A program made the position numbers and the translations under genes. The notes beneath the pieces were generated by a model that did no database searches, was not told the DNA's origin, and saw nothing but the letters and a program-made list of their open reading frames with translations. Source: Nannocystis sp. SCPEA4 (GTDB taxonomy: Bacteria > Myxococcota_A > Polyangia > Nannocystales > Nannocystaceae). From it: DNA of 64,000 nucleotides. The DNA lies in NCBI RefSeq assembly GCF_026626685.1, contig NZ_JAPNJX010000001.1, forward strand, positions 12,752 to 76,751, written 5' to 3'. Below, piece by piece: positions 10,386-21,511 of the stretch (position 1 is the first letter of the stretch; every line of letters begins with the position of its first letter).

Positions 10386-11735
10386 TCAGACCGCGTCGCT
10401 CACGCTGGCGAAGTGGAACTCCTTCGCCACCAGCGGCGGCACCACCGCCAGCATCCCCTCGCCGGCGGTCCGCTCGGGCTTGCCGAGAGCCACCAGGTTC
10501 TTGAGCAGCGCCGCCGGGCTCTCGTTGTAGCGCATGTTCTTGACCGGCCGCGCGATCTTCCCCTGCTCGATGAGGAACGTGCCGTCGCGCGTCAGCCCCG
10601 TCGCCAGGATCTGCCGCGGGTCGAGCATGCGGTTGTAGAAAAAGCGGGTCACCAGCACCCCGCGTTCGACCCCGCGGACCAGCTCGTTCAGGTCCTTGCC
10701 CTCGCCCGGGTCGGCCGCCGCCAGGAAGATCGAGCGCGGCGCCGGCAGCGGGGGCCTACTCTGCTTGTGCGCCCAGAAGCGGCTGTAGGCCAGCGCCTTC
10801 AGCATCCCGCGGTCGATCCACGTCGTCGCCGGCAGCGGCAGGCCGTCGCCGGCGAACGGGATCGACGGGTAGCGCGGGTCGGCCGGATCGGAGCGCAGCG
10901 ACACCCGCGGGTCGAACAGCGTCTCGCCGATCGCGTTGCCGCCCGGGCGGCTGAAGAAGCTGCGCCCCTCGTCGGCCGCGCGGGCCTGCAGCGCCGACAC
11001 CAGGAACCCGAGCAGGTCGGCCACCGCCTGCGCCTCGAGCACCACCGTGTAGGCCCCCGGCGCCAGCGCGTCCGCGCCCTGGCTCGACATCGTCGCCTTG
11101 TCGGCCGCGCGGCGGGCCAACCCCATCGCGTCGAGGTCGGCCAGGCGGTGCGACGCCGCCCCGGCCCAGCCGCTGCCCTTGCCGTCGGCCGTGCGCATCG
11201 TCGTCGTCAGCGACGCCTCGGTCGCCGCGTGGAGCGCGAACAGACCTGTCCGATTGGCCAGGACCGTCACCCCGTCCTCGTGCTCGACCAGCCCCGAGGC
11301 CACCAGCTTGGCCTCGCGCGCCACTTTGAGCACGCGGGCCACCACCTCCGTGCGCCCCTCTGGCCCGACCTCCGCCGTCTTGGCGTCGCGCGCCGCCACC
11401 TTCGCGTACTGCTGCGGGCCCAGCGGCGGCTCGTGCTCCGGGTCCTGGGGCGCCAGCTTGGCCAGCGCCTCGGCCTCGCGCACCAGCGCCTGCAGCGACG
11501 CCGTGTCGCGGCCGGTGCCGGACACCGTCGCCACCCGGCCCTCGCGCGCCGCCGTCACCGACACCTCGAAGCGCGCCGCCTCGCCCGACGTCGTCGGCGC
11601 CCCCGCGGCGAACCGCAGGTACGCCGTGCGCCTGGCCGACACGCGCACGCTGACGTCGTCGAACGTCGCCGCCGCCAGCGCCGACTTCGTGATCGCCCGC
11701 GCCTCGGCCGGGCTCAGCGGAGACGCCGCGCTCAC
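10386..11735 (-). CDS. pmbA: PmbA/TldE-family metalloprotease component
   Basis: 449 aa TldD/PmbA-family architecture. Translationally coupled downstream of tldD. Confidence 0.85.
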   Translation of the reverse strand: MSAASPLSPAEARAITKSALAAATFDDVSVRVSARRTAYLRFAAGAPTTSGEAARFEVSVTAAREGRVATVSGTGRDTASLQALVREAEALAKLAPQDPEHEPPLGPQQYAKVAARDAKTAEVGPEGRTEVVARVLKVAREAKLVASGLVEHEDGVTVLANRTGLFALHAATEASLTTTMRTADGKGSGWAGAASHRLADLDAMGLARRAADKATMSSQGADALAPGAYTVVLEAQAVADLLGFLVSALQARAADEGRSFFSRPGGNAIGETLFDPRVSLRSDPADPRYPSIPFAGDGLPLPATTWIDRGMLKALAYSRFWAHKQSRPPLPAPRSIFLAAADPGEGKDLNELVRGVERGVLVTRFFYNRMLDPRQILATGLTRDGTFLIEQGKIARPVKNMRYNESPAALLKNLVALGKPERTAGEGMLAVVPPLVAKEFHFASVSDAV

Positions 11736-13362
11736 GCGCCACCTCCGGTGTTGAGGATGTTGACCACGAAGCGCGCCGGCGGGCAGCCGTGGCTGACCGC
11801 GTTGCTCTGCGACGGCTCGCCCTTGCCGTCGCTCATGCTGCCGCCGAGGCGGTACGTGTCTGTCCCTCCGAGCATGTCACACGAGCTCCAGAATTCGACC
11901 GTGTTGGCCTGGTATGCCACGTCGCGCAGCGGCCGCGTCAACCGTCCGTTCTTGATCTCCCAGAAGAACTGGCCCGAGAACTGGAAGTTGTAGCGCTGCT
12001 GGTCGATCGACCAGCTGCCGCGGCCCGTGATCAGCACCCCGTCGTCGGTCGCCCCGATCAGGTCCTCGGTGGTGTAGCCCTCGCTGCCCGGCTGCAGGCT
12101 CACGTTCGGCATGCGCTGGAACGGCACGCTGGCGTAGCTGTCGGCGTAGCTGCAGCCGCGGCTGGCCTGCTCGCCGGCGGCGGCCGCCAGGTCGCGCGTC
12201 GTCTGCCAGCCGACGAAGGTCCCCTTCTTCACCAGGTCCCAGCGCTGACTCGCCACCGCCTCGTCGTCCCACGCCGTCGTCGCCAGCCCGCCCGGCTGCG
12301 TGCGGTCGGCCGCGAGGTTGACGATGTCGCTGCCGATCTTGAACTTGCCCGCCTTGTCCGCGGTCAGGAAGCTCGTGCCGGCGTAGTTCGCCTCGTAGCC
12401 GAGCGCCCGGTCGAGCTCCGTCGAGTGGCCGATGCTCTCGTGGATCGTCAGCCACAAGTTCGACGGCGCCAGGATCGCGTGCTTCTTGCCCGGCTGGACC
12501 GGCGCCGCGTGCAGCTTCTGCAGCGCCTCCTCGGCGATCTTCGGCGCCGTGCCCACCAGGTCGGCCGCCGTCACGTGCTCCCAGCCGGCGAGCATCGGCG
12601 CCACCTCGTGATCGCGCCCCGCGAAGCGCCCGCGCCGGCGATCGATCGCCGTCGCCGTCAGCCCCGGGACCACGCGGAAGAAGATCTGGTGCACCCGCGA
12701 GCCCTCGCTCGTCATCACCAGCTTCTCCTCGCGCACGCACGCCACGTTCGCGTCGACGTGCGCCACCCCGGGCACGGCCAACGCCGCCCGCGCCGCCGCC
12801 AGCAGCAGCTCCGCCTTTTCTGCCGGCGCGATCGAGAACGGGTCGACCGTGAACGGCGACACCCACCCGCCCTGCAGCACCGGCGCGGGCGCCAGCGTCA
12901 CCGGCTGCGGCATCAGCAGCGAGCTCTGGCGGGCCATCGCCACCGCCGCTTTGGCGATCCCCTCGACCGCCTTCGCGGTGCGCTCCGCCGTCGCCGCGAA
13001 GCCCCAGCCTCCGTCGGCGATCACCCGGAGGCCGACGCCGTAGTCCTCGCTGCGACCGATCCCGCTCACGTGATCGTCGCGCACCGAGACCCGCTCGCGC
13101 CGCATCAATACCAGCCGCGCGTCTGCGTAGCTCGCCCCCGCCTTCTTCGCCGACTCGATCGCCACCCGCAACAGGTTCTCGTCGGCCAGGAGCCGGCTCG
13201 CGGCCAGCAAGGCCATGCCCGCGTCCGCGCTCGCGGGCGCCGACTTCGGCGCCGGGATCCGGCTCGGTGCCGGCCCGGCCCACGCCGCGCGTGAACCGTG
13301 GAGCAGCGCCTCGGCGCCACAGAGCCCCGTGAGCGCGAGGAAGGAGCGGCGAGAGCTCGACA
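11732..13362 (-). CDS. tldD: TldD-family metalloprotease with twin-arginine (Tat) signal peptide
   Basis: HESIGH-like motif TIHESIGHSTELD and conserved C-terminal GGxxD region. N-terminus MSSSRRSFLALTG is a Tat motif. An alternative start lies at 13380. Confidence 0.88.
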
Positions 13363-13941
13363 TCGGCGCGATGATACCCATCCCGCCTGCGCCGCCGCGC
13401 GTGAAAAACACCCGCCCTGCTGCTCCCCGCGGGTCCTCCGCCCCGCCCGATCTCGCAGCGCGCCGCGCTCCCCCGACCGACCTGGCGTCTGGCCCCCGAT
13501 CGATCCGCGGACACACGCCCGCCGCACGACCCTCAACGCCGGCCCCACCCGCGGAGATCCCCGGGCACCTCGAGCGCCTTCGACGCCGGCCGCTCGACCT
13601 GCGCCGGGCCGGTCACGGCTCCGCCGGCTCCCCGATCACGATCGCCGCGCTCGATCCGAATCGCAGCTCGCGACATCCTCGCGCCGTTTCGTCACTCCCC
13701 CGATCGCGTCGCTGGCCGACCCCGATCGGGGCATCGCGCCGCCGCTACGTGACGGCAATGTCATCGCGCGATCACGGCGGTGCACATGCGCGTGCCGGAC
13801 CCCCGCAAGCGAGGCCCTCTGTCCTCCCCGACGACGCATCCGCACATCCCCGGGCAAGGGGCCCACGTCGGGGACTTGCCCTCATGAGGGGGATCGTGCG
13901 TTCATCGCCCCATGGTCTCCCCTCGTTTATCGGTCGCCAGC

Positions 13942-15351
13942 ATGGCCGTGTGTCTCCTCGTCGCCTGCGGCGACGACAACCGCGCCGACACCAGCGTCGG
14001 GCCTGCCACGGCCACTGTGACCGCGACGATCACCGTCGGCACCATCACTGCCACCGGCAACCCGATGACCGAGGGAGCCACTCAGGGCACGGGTCCGACC
14101 GAGGGGACCGCCTCGGGTGGTGACACCGAGGGCACCAGCGAGTCCCCCCCGACCACCAGCAACGGCTCGATGACGAGCATGACCACCCAGGGCGGCCCGA
14201 AGTTCGACCTCGGCGTCACCCCGGACGGCGGCACCAGCTGTGCCGGCAACATGGACATCGACGAGAGCTTCATCTGGATCCCCGCCACCAGCGACGGCCT
14301 CGTCTCCAAGATCAACACCCGCACCCTCGTCGAGGAGGCGCGCTACCTCACCGGTCCGAGCGGCGCCACCGAGAGCGTCTCGCGCACGGCCGTCGCCGGC
14401 GACGGTCGCTTCGTCGTCGTCAACGCTCGCGGCACCGGGCGTTCGACCGCCGTCGCCGCCAACATCGCCGATTGCATCGACTTCAACGGCGACGGCCAGA
14501 TCACCACCTCGACCAGCGTCGGCGACATCAAGCCGTGGGGCACCGACGAGTGCGTCGTGTGGACCATCCTGCACGCCAACTGGTCGGGCCAGTACGTCGA
14601 GGGTCCGCGCGGGATCACGTGGACGATCGGCGACTACGACAAGGCCACCTGCACCTACAAGAACCAGAAGGTCTGGCTCGGCTTCGGCGCCATGCAGGCC
14701 GGCTCGGCCAACATGGTCCGCCTCGACGGTGCCACCGGCGTGCTCGAGCAGTCGATCGAGGCCACGGCCTGGAACGGCAGCGGCTACGCGCCCTACGGCG
14801 GCGCCCTCGACCCGCAGGGCAACGCCTGGTTCACCGGTCTGCGCGGCGAGCTCGCGCGCGTCAACACCTCCGAGAACCCGATCACGATCACGCGGATCCC
14901 CCAGCCGTCCAACATCCAGACCTACGGCATGACCGTCGACCGCAACGGCAACCCGTGGATGGCCGGCTGCTCCGGCCCGGTCTCCACCTACGACGTCCCC
15001 TCCGCCCAGTGGATCTCGGTCGCCGGCACCAACGCCTGCCACCGCGGCATGGCCATCGACCACAACGACCACGCCTGGGTCGCCGCCAACGGCCCGTGCG
15101 GCCTCGTCGAGATCGATGTCGCCACCCGCACCCTCGTCGCCTTCCACAACCTCGCCCAGTGCTCGACCCCGATCGGCGTCAGCGTCGACATCGACGGCTT
15201 CGTGTGGCTGGTCGACCAGGCCGGCTGGGCGTGGAAGATCGACCCGATGAACGTCGGGGCGATGCAGAACATCCCCGTCGCCGGCGACCACTACGTCTAC
15301 TCCGACATGACCGGCGGCCAGCTCAAGAGCGTCACCCCGCCGCCGGCCTAG
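13942..15351 (+). CDS. lipoprotein with Thr/Gly-rich linker and beta-propeller-like C-terminal domain
   Basis: Lipobox MAVCLLVACG and a low-complexity TATVTATITVGTITATG linker. Repeated aromatic/Gly blades suggest an NHL/Vgb-lyase-like propeller. Confidence 0.6.
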   Translation: MAVCLLVACGDDNRADTSVGPATATVTATITVGTITATGNPMTEGATQGTGPTEGTASGGDTEGTSESPPTTSNGSMTSMTTQGGPKFDLGVTPDGGTSCAGNMDIDESFIWIPATSDGLVSKINTRTLVEEARYLTGPSGATESVSRTAVAGDGRFVVVNARGTGRSTAVAANIADCIDFNGDGQITTSTSVGDIKPWGTDECVVWTILHANWSGQYVEGPRGITWTIGDYDKATCTYKNQKVWLGFGAMQAGSANMVRLDGATGVLEQSIEATAWNGSGYAPYGGALDPQGNAWFTGLRGELARVNTSENPITITRIPQPSNIQTYGMTVDRNGNPWMAGCSGPVSTYDVPSAQWISVAGTNACHRGMAIDHNDHAWVAANGPCGLVEIDVATRTLVAFHNLAQCSTPIGVSVDIDGFVWLVDQAGWAWKIDPMNVGAMQNIPVAGDHYVYSDMTGGQLKSVTPPPA

Positions 15352-15696
15352 GCGCTCGAGAAACGCGCGCCCGAAGGCGCGGGGCCGTGGAGACCTGGGT
15401 GACGGCGGGCACGGAGCGGCGGAGCGGGTCCCTCGCGACGGCGGGGCCCTCCCAGGCAACGTGCTCGGCGCCCTCGGGCTTCGATGGCGAGCTGTCGTTG
15501 AGGACAGGTTCGTTCGTGCCTCGCGGACGATGGCGCCTGCGCGCGGTTGCCTGCGGCCCCTCCCGCCTGCGTCCCACTCCGCCGCTCCGTGCCCGCCTGC
15601 GAAGAGCGTCGCCGGCCCCGCTCGTCACCGTGCCGGAAGTTCACCGCCTCGCGGCGACTGCGGCGCGACCGACAGCGGACAGCCGCGGGACTTCGC

Positions 15697-15783
15697 AGGC
15701 CAACCTTCCAGACATGTCTCTCAGAACATGACTCTATAAACATGCTCTCATCGACATGTCGTTCATGACATGTCTCGATGTGG
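15697..15783. repeat. array of GACATGTC-family repeat units upstream of histidine kinase gene
   Basis: cagacatgtctctcagaacatgactctataaacatgctctcatcgacatgtcgttcatgacatgtctcg. Confidence 0.8.
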
Positions 15784-15953
15784 ACCCCGTCCAGCGCCGA
15801 CGTCCGCCTGCCTCCTCGGCGCCCGCTTGGCCCTCGGAGGCGGGCCCGCCCGGCGGCCGGCGGACCGTCCGCGCCCGCCTGGCTCGGCGGCAACACCGTT
15901 CTCGCCGGCCGCGCCCGGCCACCGGTCTGGACTCACGTATCCTTGGCGTCGTG

Positions 15954-18900
15954 CTGCTCCCGGCAGACTTTGCGGAGCTGATGGAAGACGGCCTCCTCCT
16001 CGTCTCGCGCGCCGGCGAGGTCCAGGACGCCAACAGCGCCGCCGAGCGCCTGCTGGGGGCCGCGCGGGTCGACCTCGTCGGTCGCGCCATCGGCGACCTG
16101 TTGCTCGTGCCCGTCCCGGGCCGGCTCATTGCCGTCTGCGCCGCCGAGCACGAGACCCGCTTGCACGTCTCGGACCTGCGCGGCGGCCGGCTCGCGCTGC
16201 GCGTCGTCCCGCGCGGCGAGGGCGTCTGGGCCTTTCTTCGCCGCGAGCGCGCCGAGATCGGCCCGGCCTCGCCGCAGGGGCGTGAGCAGCTGCGCACCGT
16301 CCTGCGCCACACCCCGGTCGTCCTGTTCGCTTGCGACGAGGACGGCGTGTTCACCGTCAACGAGGGCCACGGCCTCAACCGCCTCCAGGTGCCGACCGGA
16401 TCCAGCGTCGGCATTTCGATCTTCGACGCCTACGGCGACATCCCGTGGGTCGTCGACGCCGCCCGCCGGGCCCTCGCCGGCGAGTCGGTCTCGGCCGTCG
16501 GCCAGCTGCGCGGCGTGACCTTCGAGGCCTGCTACAGCCCGGTCTTCGCCGGCGACGGCCGGGTCATCGGCCTCGTCGGCGTCGCCCTCGACGTCACCGA
16601 GCGCGAGCGTGCGCTCGAGCGGCTCGCCACCAAGCGGTCGGTCCTCGACTACGTGCTCGCCCACGTCCCCCAGGCGATCTTCTGGAAGGACCGCCAGAGC
16701 CGCTACCTCGGCTGCAACGACCACTTCCTCCAGCGCACCGATCTGGCCAGCGCCGACGAGCTGATCGGCAAGACCGACCACGACATCTGCGCCTCGCGCG
16801 AGGAGGCCGACTTCTTCCGCGCCACCGACGAGCAGGTCATGAGCTCCGGCGTCCCGATCCTCAACATCGAGGAGCCGATGAAGCTGCTCGACGGCCGCGA
16901 GAGCTACCTGCTGACCAGCAAGGTGCCGATGCGGGACGACCGCGGCGAGGTCACCGGGATCCTCGGCATCTACGTCGATATCACCGAGCGCAAGCGCATC
17001 GAGCTCGAGCTGCAGCGGGCCAAGGAGGCCGCCGACGCCGCCCTGCGGGCCAAGAGCGAGTTCCTCACCACCATCAGCCACGAGCTGCGGACCCCGCTGG
17101 CGCTGATCCTCGGCCCGCTCGAGTCGCTGCTGCACGAGGGCGACGAGCCGCTCGGCGAGCGCACGCGCGCTGTCATGACCCGCATGTGGCGCAACGCCTC
17201 GCGCCTCGGCCGCCTCGTCGACGACATCCTCGACTATCAGAAGCTCGAGGCCGGCAAGCTGCACGCCGCGTGGGAGCCCGTCGACGTCCGCGACCTCGTC
17301 GAGGGCATCGTCCTCGACGCCGAGCCGGCCGCCGACGCCGCCGGCCTCAGCCTGCGCCACGAGCTCGCGCCGGGCCTCGGCACCGTCCCGCTCGACCGGC
17401 ACATGTTCGAGAAGATCCTCCTCAACCTGCTCGGCAACGCCCTCAAGTTCACCCCCGCCGGCGGCAGCATCACCGTCACCCTCGATCCCGTCGCCGACCG
17501 ACACATGCGCCTCGCCGTCCGCGACACCGGCCCCGGCATCGCCCCCGAGGAGCACGAGCGGGTGTTCCAGCGCTTCCAGCAGCTCGACAGCTCGATGACC
17601 CGCAAACACGAGGGCACCGGCCTCGGCCTCGCCCTCGTGCGCGAGTTCGCCGAGGAGATGGGCGGCACCGTCTCCCTGCGCAGCGCGCCCGGCGAGGGCG
17701 CCTCTTTCACCGTCGAGCTGCCGATCGACGCCGATCGCCTCGCCACCGTGAGACCCGTCCCCGAGCGGCCCGCCCCCGCGCGTGCGAGCCCCTTCGAGGT
17801 CGTCCGCCGCGAGCAGCCCCCTGCCCGCACGCCCGACCGCCCGCGCCTCGTCGTCGCCGAGGACAACCCCGACATGGCGGGCTACATCGCCGGCATCCTC
17901 GGCGACGACTACGCCATCGAGCTGGTCGGCAACGGGGCCGACGCCCTGCGCGCCGTCCAGGCCCGCCGTCCCGACGTCGTCCTCTCCGACATCATGATGC
18001 CGGAGATGGACGGCTACGAGCTCGTCGCCCGCCTCAAGCGCGACCAGTCCCTGCGCGACGTCCCGGTCGTCCTCCTCAGCGCCAAGGCCAGCCGCGACGA
18101 GACCGTCCGCGGCCTCGAGGTCGGCGCCGACGACTACCTGCCCAAGCCGTTCGCCCCCATCGAGCTGCGCGCGCGCCTGGCCGCGGCGCTCCGCCTGCAC
18201 CGCACCCACCTCGAGGTCGTCCAGCAGAAGCACGCGCTCGAGCAGGCCCTGCGCACCCTCGAGGACACCCAGCAACAATTGGTGCAGTCGAGCAAGATGG
18301 CCGCCGTCGGCACGCTCATCGCCGGTCTGTCGCACGAGCTCAACAACCCGGTGGCGATCATCCGCATGAGTGCGCAGATGCTGCTGCGCCGCAACCCTCG
18401 CGACCCGTTCGTACGCCGCACCCTCGAGCGGATCGAGCGTCACTCGCAGCGCTGCGCCGCGCTCGTCGAGACCCTGCTCGCCTACTCGCGCCGGCGGCCG
18501 ACCATCCCCGAGCGCTGCGACCTCGGCCAGATCCTCACCTGGCTCGTCGACCTCGTCCGACCCGAGGCCGAGGAGCGAGGCATCCGCCTCGTCGTCGACG
18601 CCGGCGACGGCACCTTGCCCGCGCTCGTCGTCCACCGTCCCGCGCTCGAGTCGGCCCTGCTCAACGTCTTCGGCAACGCCGCCGACGCCACCGGTCGCGG
18701 CGGCACCATCGAGATCGCCGCCCGCCCCGCGCCCGGCCCCGACGGCCGCGACGGCGCCGAGATCGTCGTCGGCGACAGCGGCGTCGGCATCGAGCCCGAG
18801 GCCCTCTCGCACCTGTTCGAGCCGTTTTACACCACCAAGGCCCCGGGCAAGGGCACCGGCCTCGGGCTGCCGATGACGCAGAAGTTCGTCCAGTCCCAGG

Positions 18901-19025
18901 GCGGCACCATCCGCGTCGACAGCGAGCTCGGACGCGGCACCGCCGTGCGGATCTGGCTGCCTCTCGTCCCGCCCGAGCTCGGGCCCGCCGCCGAGCAGCA
19001 GCGCCTCGCCTCGGAACCACTGTGA
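15954..19025 (+). CDS. hybrid sensor histidine kinase (PAS/GAF sensors - HisKA/HATPase - receiver - second HisKA/HATPase)
   Basis: First H-box ISHELRTPL with HATPase GTGLGLALV. REC domain VVAEDNPDMAGYI...DIMMPEMDGYEL...KPF. Second H-box GLSHELNNPVAII with GTGLGLPMT. The start codon is uncertain because the ORF runs open upstream into the repeat region. Confidence 0.85.
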   Translation: MLPADFAELMEDGLLLVSRAGEVQDANSAAERLLGAARVDLVGRAIGDLLLVPVPGRLIAVCAAEHETRLHVSDLRGGRLALRVVPRGEGVWAFLRRERAEIGPASPQGREQLRTVLRHTPVVLFACDEDGVFTVNEGHGLNRLQVPTGSSVGISIFDAYGDIPWVVDAARRALAGESVSAVGQLRGVTFEACYSPVFAGDGRVIGLVGVALDVTERERALERLATKRSVLDYVLAHVPQAIFWKDRQSRYLGCNDHFLQRTDLASADELIGKTDHDICASREEADFFRATDEQVMSSGVPILNIEEPMKLLDGRESYLLTSKVPMRDDRGEVTGILGIYVDITERKRIELELQRAKEAADAALRAKSEFLTTISHELRTPLALILGPLESLLHEGDEPLGERTRAVMTRMWRNASRLGRLVDDILDYQKLEAGKLHAAWEPVDVRDLVEGIVLDAEPAADAAGLSLRHELAPGLGTVPLDRHMFEKILLNLLGNALKFTPAGGSITVTLDPVADRHMRLAVRDTGPGIAPEEHERVFQRFQQLDSSMTRKHEGTGLGLALVREFAEEMGGTVSLRSAPGEGASFTVELPIDADRLATVRPVPERPAPARASPFEVVRREQPPARTPDRPRLVVAEDNPDMAGYIAGILGDDYAIELVGNGADALRAVQARRPDVVLSDIMMPEMDGYELVARLKRDQSLRDVPVVLLSAKASRDETVRGLEVGADDYLPKPFAPIELRARLAAALRLHRTHLEVVQQKHALEQALRTLEDTQQQLVQSSKMAAVGTLIAGLSHELNNPVAIIRMSAQMLLRRNPRDPFVRRTLERIERHSQRCAALVETLLAYSRRRPTIPERCDLGQILTWLVDLVRPEAEERGIRLVVDAGDGTLPALVVHRPALESALLNVFGNAADATGRGGTIEIAARPAPGPDGRDGAEIVVGDSGVGIEPEALSHLFEPFYTTKAPGKGTGLGLPMTQKFVQSQGGTIRVDSELGRGTAVRIWLPLVPPELGPAAEQQRLASEPL

Positions 19026-19059
19026 CCCCTCGTCCTCGCCCGCGCGACCCGTCCGCGTG

Positions 19060-19146
19060 AATCACATGTCCTTTCAGACATCCTGACGGCCCAGCGGCGC
19101 CGCGGGCCCGCCCAACTCACATGTCCTTTCAGACATCCTGAGAACC
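19060..19146. repeat. two copies of tcacatgtcctttcagacatcctga separated by ~30 bp
   Basis: Read directly. Lies downstream of the histidine kinase stop. Confidence 0.8.
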
Positions 19147-19373
19147 GCCGCAGCACCCGGGGCGAGCGCGGCCCCCGTTCCCCACGCGCCGGGCGCCGCC
19201 CCCCGCGTCCGCCGACCCCCGAGATCGCGCGTCATCCCGGCCCGCTGCATCCTCCGAGAGGCGGCTCCAGCCCGCGACCACCGGCGCCCCCGCGCCCGCG
19301 GGCGTTTCGCTGCCCTGGCGCGCCGGATCCACGCCGTCCCGAGTCGTCGCACGTATGCTGCAGACGAGAACCG

Positions 19374-20465
19374 ATGCGAAGCGCCGTGCGACTCGGGTTG
19401 CTGACTGTCTGCCTGGCCTGCGCTTCCCAGCACTCCGAGCCGGCCCGCCGTCCCCCCGTCTCCGAGTGCGCCGCGATCCTCGCGACCATCCCTTACCTGG
19501 ACGTCGGCCCCGCCGCGCCCGCGCTCGACGAGAGCGGCGCCTCCGAGCTCGGCGAGTGGATCGATCGCCTGCGCGCCGACCCCGAGCTGCGCGTCGAGCT
19601 GGCCGTGCACATGGCCGCGGCCGCCCGGGAGCTCGCCGATCCGACCCGACGCGACGCCGGCCTGCAGGCCCTCGGCGACGACGTGCTGGCCCGCTTCCGC
19701 GCCGCCGTCCAACCCGCCGATCGCGTCACCCTCGTGGTCCACGGCGTGCCCGGCGGCCCGCCCGACGATCCGCTGGCCGGCAGCTGGCTGCAGCTGCGCG
19801 GCCTGTGCCCGCCGTACGCCCCCGATCACGACCGCGACGGCGTCGCCGACCACGACGATCCCTGCCCCGACCTCCCTGAAGATTACGATCGCCACCAGGA
19901 TCACGACGGCTGCCCCGATCGCGACAACGACGGCGACGGCGTCCTCGACGCTGCCCGCTGGACCGGCAGCGAGTGGGTCAATTGCGACGGCCGGCTCGAG
20001 CCCGGCAAGGGCCGCCACGACTGCCGCAACCAGCCCGAGACCGTCGACGGCGAGGAGGACGACGACGGCTGCCCCGAGGTCTTCGTCGCCGGTTGCGGCC
20101 GCTTCGTCGTCCGGATCCCCTACGACCCCGACACCCTCGAGCTCGACGAGCATGCCTTCCTCGAGCTCGACGCCCGGCGTAAGCAGCTGGCCCCGCGTTA
20201 CCGCACCGGCGGCAACTTCTCGCTCGAAGGCCACACGGGCGACGACCTCCCGCCCGACCAGGCCCGCCGGCTCGGCCTGACGATGGCCGAGAAGGTGCGC
20301 GACACCCTGGTCGACCGCGGCTTCGTCCACGTCATGCTCGTGCCCACCTCGCGCGGCGCCGACAGCCCGATCGCCGCCGACGCCGAGGCCCGCCGCGACA
20401 ACTACCGCGTCGAGCTCGTCGCCGGCCTCGCCTGCGCCACCCCGTCGCGTCCGCTGTGCCCGTGA
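19374..20465 (+). CDS. OmpA-family lipoprotein with thrombospondin type 3-like Asp-rich repeats
   Basis: Lipobox LLTVCLACAS, repeated DxDxDGxxDxxDxCP motifs, and an OmpA-like C-terminal region (NFSLEGHTGDD...NYRVEL). Confidence 0.75.
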   Translation: MRSAVRLGLLTVCLACASQHSEPARRPPVSECAAILATIPYLDVGPAAPALDESGASELGEWIDRLRADPELRVELAVHMAAAARELADPTRRDAGLQALGDDVLARFRAAVQPADRVTLVVHGVPGGPPDDPLAGSWLQLRGLCPPYAPDHDRDGVADHDDPCPDLPEDYDRHQDHDGCPDRDNDGDGVLDAARWTGSEWVNCDGRLEPGKGRHDCRNQPETVDGEEDDDGCPEVFVAGCGRFVVRIPYDPDTLELDEHAFLELDARRKQLAPRYRTGGNFSLEGHTGDDLPPDQARRLGLTMAEKVRDTLVDRGFVHVMLVPTSRGADSPIAADAEARRDNYRVELVAGLACATPSRPLCP

Positions 20466-20794
20466 TCGGTCATGTCTATTCAGACATGTCCTTTCGAGCA
20501 TGCCCGAACAACCACCTCCTCGCGCCCGCCGACCCGTGGATCTCGCCGTCCCTGCGGTCACCCACGGAGGGTCACGCCCGAGGACCGGCTGCGCCTTGCG
20601 CCGGGGACCCCACGGCGCCGGACGCTCGTGGGCGCCCGCCTCCGGCCGCAACTCACGAATCTCGCTGCGTTTCCTCGCAAAGCGGGGCCCGACGCCCCCG
20701 CGCGTGCGCGGCGCCTGGCGCTGAAAGTGCCTGCAAGTCCCTGGCGCCAGGACGCTCGCCCGGCCACACTGGCCGCCACTCGGAGGAACAGTCC

Positions 20795-21499
20795 ATGCTC
20801 ACCAACCGCACGAGCCTCGTCCTCGCCGTGCTCCTCGCCGCTTGCGGCGGCGAGTCGGCCACCAAGCCCGCCCCCGCCCCAGCCGCCAAGGCAGCAGCGC
20901 CTGCGCCTGCGCCGGCCGACAAGCCAGCGGAGGCGGCCCCGGCCAAGCCCGCCGAGCAGCCCGTCCTCGCCGACAGCGGCCTCGGGGTCGGCGGCAAGTT
21001 CAAGCCGTTCGAGATCGTCAACTGCGACAGCGGCGAGAAGTACTGCCAGGTCTGCAAGTTCGGCGGCAGCCCGAAGATCATGGCTGTCGGCACCCTCGAC
21101 GACCCGGCCTTCAAGGACGACATCAAGAACCTCGACGCTCTCGTCAAGAAGTACGGCGAGGACAAGATCAAGGCGTTCGCCGTCATCACCGACATCAAGG
21201 ACGGCAAGGCCACCACCCCGACGGGCGACCGCGCCGCGCTCGAGGCCAAGGTCAAGGACCTGCGCACCGAGCTCGGCGTCGCCATCCCGCTGGTCGTCCC
21301 GGCCGACGAGGGCGGCAAGAACGACGCCTTCGACAGCTGGTACAACATCACCAAGAGCCGCACCGTCATGTTCGCCGACGGCCGCAACGCCGTGAAGTAC
21401 TCCGGCGTCGCCCCGGCCGACCTGTCCGGCCTCAACACCGCCATCCAGGAGGTCCTCGGCGTCCCCGCCGACGCCGCCGAGCCGCCCAAGGCGGGCTGA
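20795..21499 (+). CDS. hypothetical lipoprotein (Ala/Pro/Lys-rich linker)
   Basis: RBS ggagga precedes the ATG. Lipobox LAVLLAACGG and an AP-rich linker. Followed by a strong hairpin terminator. Confidence 0.6.
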   Translation: MLTNRTSLVLAVLLAACGGESATKPAPAPAAKAAAPAPAPADKPAEAAPAKPAEQPVLADSGLGVGGKFKPFEIVNCDSGEKYCQVCKFGGSPKIMAVGTLDDPAFKDDIKNLDALVKKYGEDKIKAFAVITDIKDGKATTPTGDRAALEAKVKDLRTELGVAIPLVVPADEGGKNDAFDSWYNITKSRTVMFADGRNAVKYSGVAPADLSGLNTAIQEVLGVPADAAEPPKAG

Positions 21500-21511
21500 C
21501 CTTTCGCACCT

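Noticed and set aside
15933-18812. 959-aa minus-strand ORF antisense to the histidine kinase
   Set aside because: Gly/Ala/Asp/Val-rich antisense artefact of a high-GC gene. The plus-strand frame has unambiguous HK and REC motifs.
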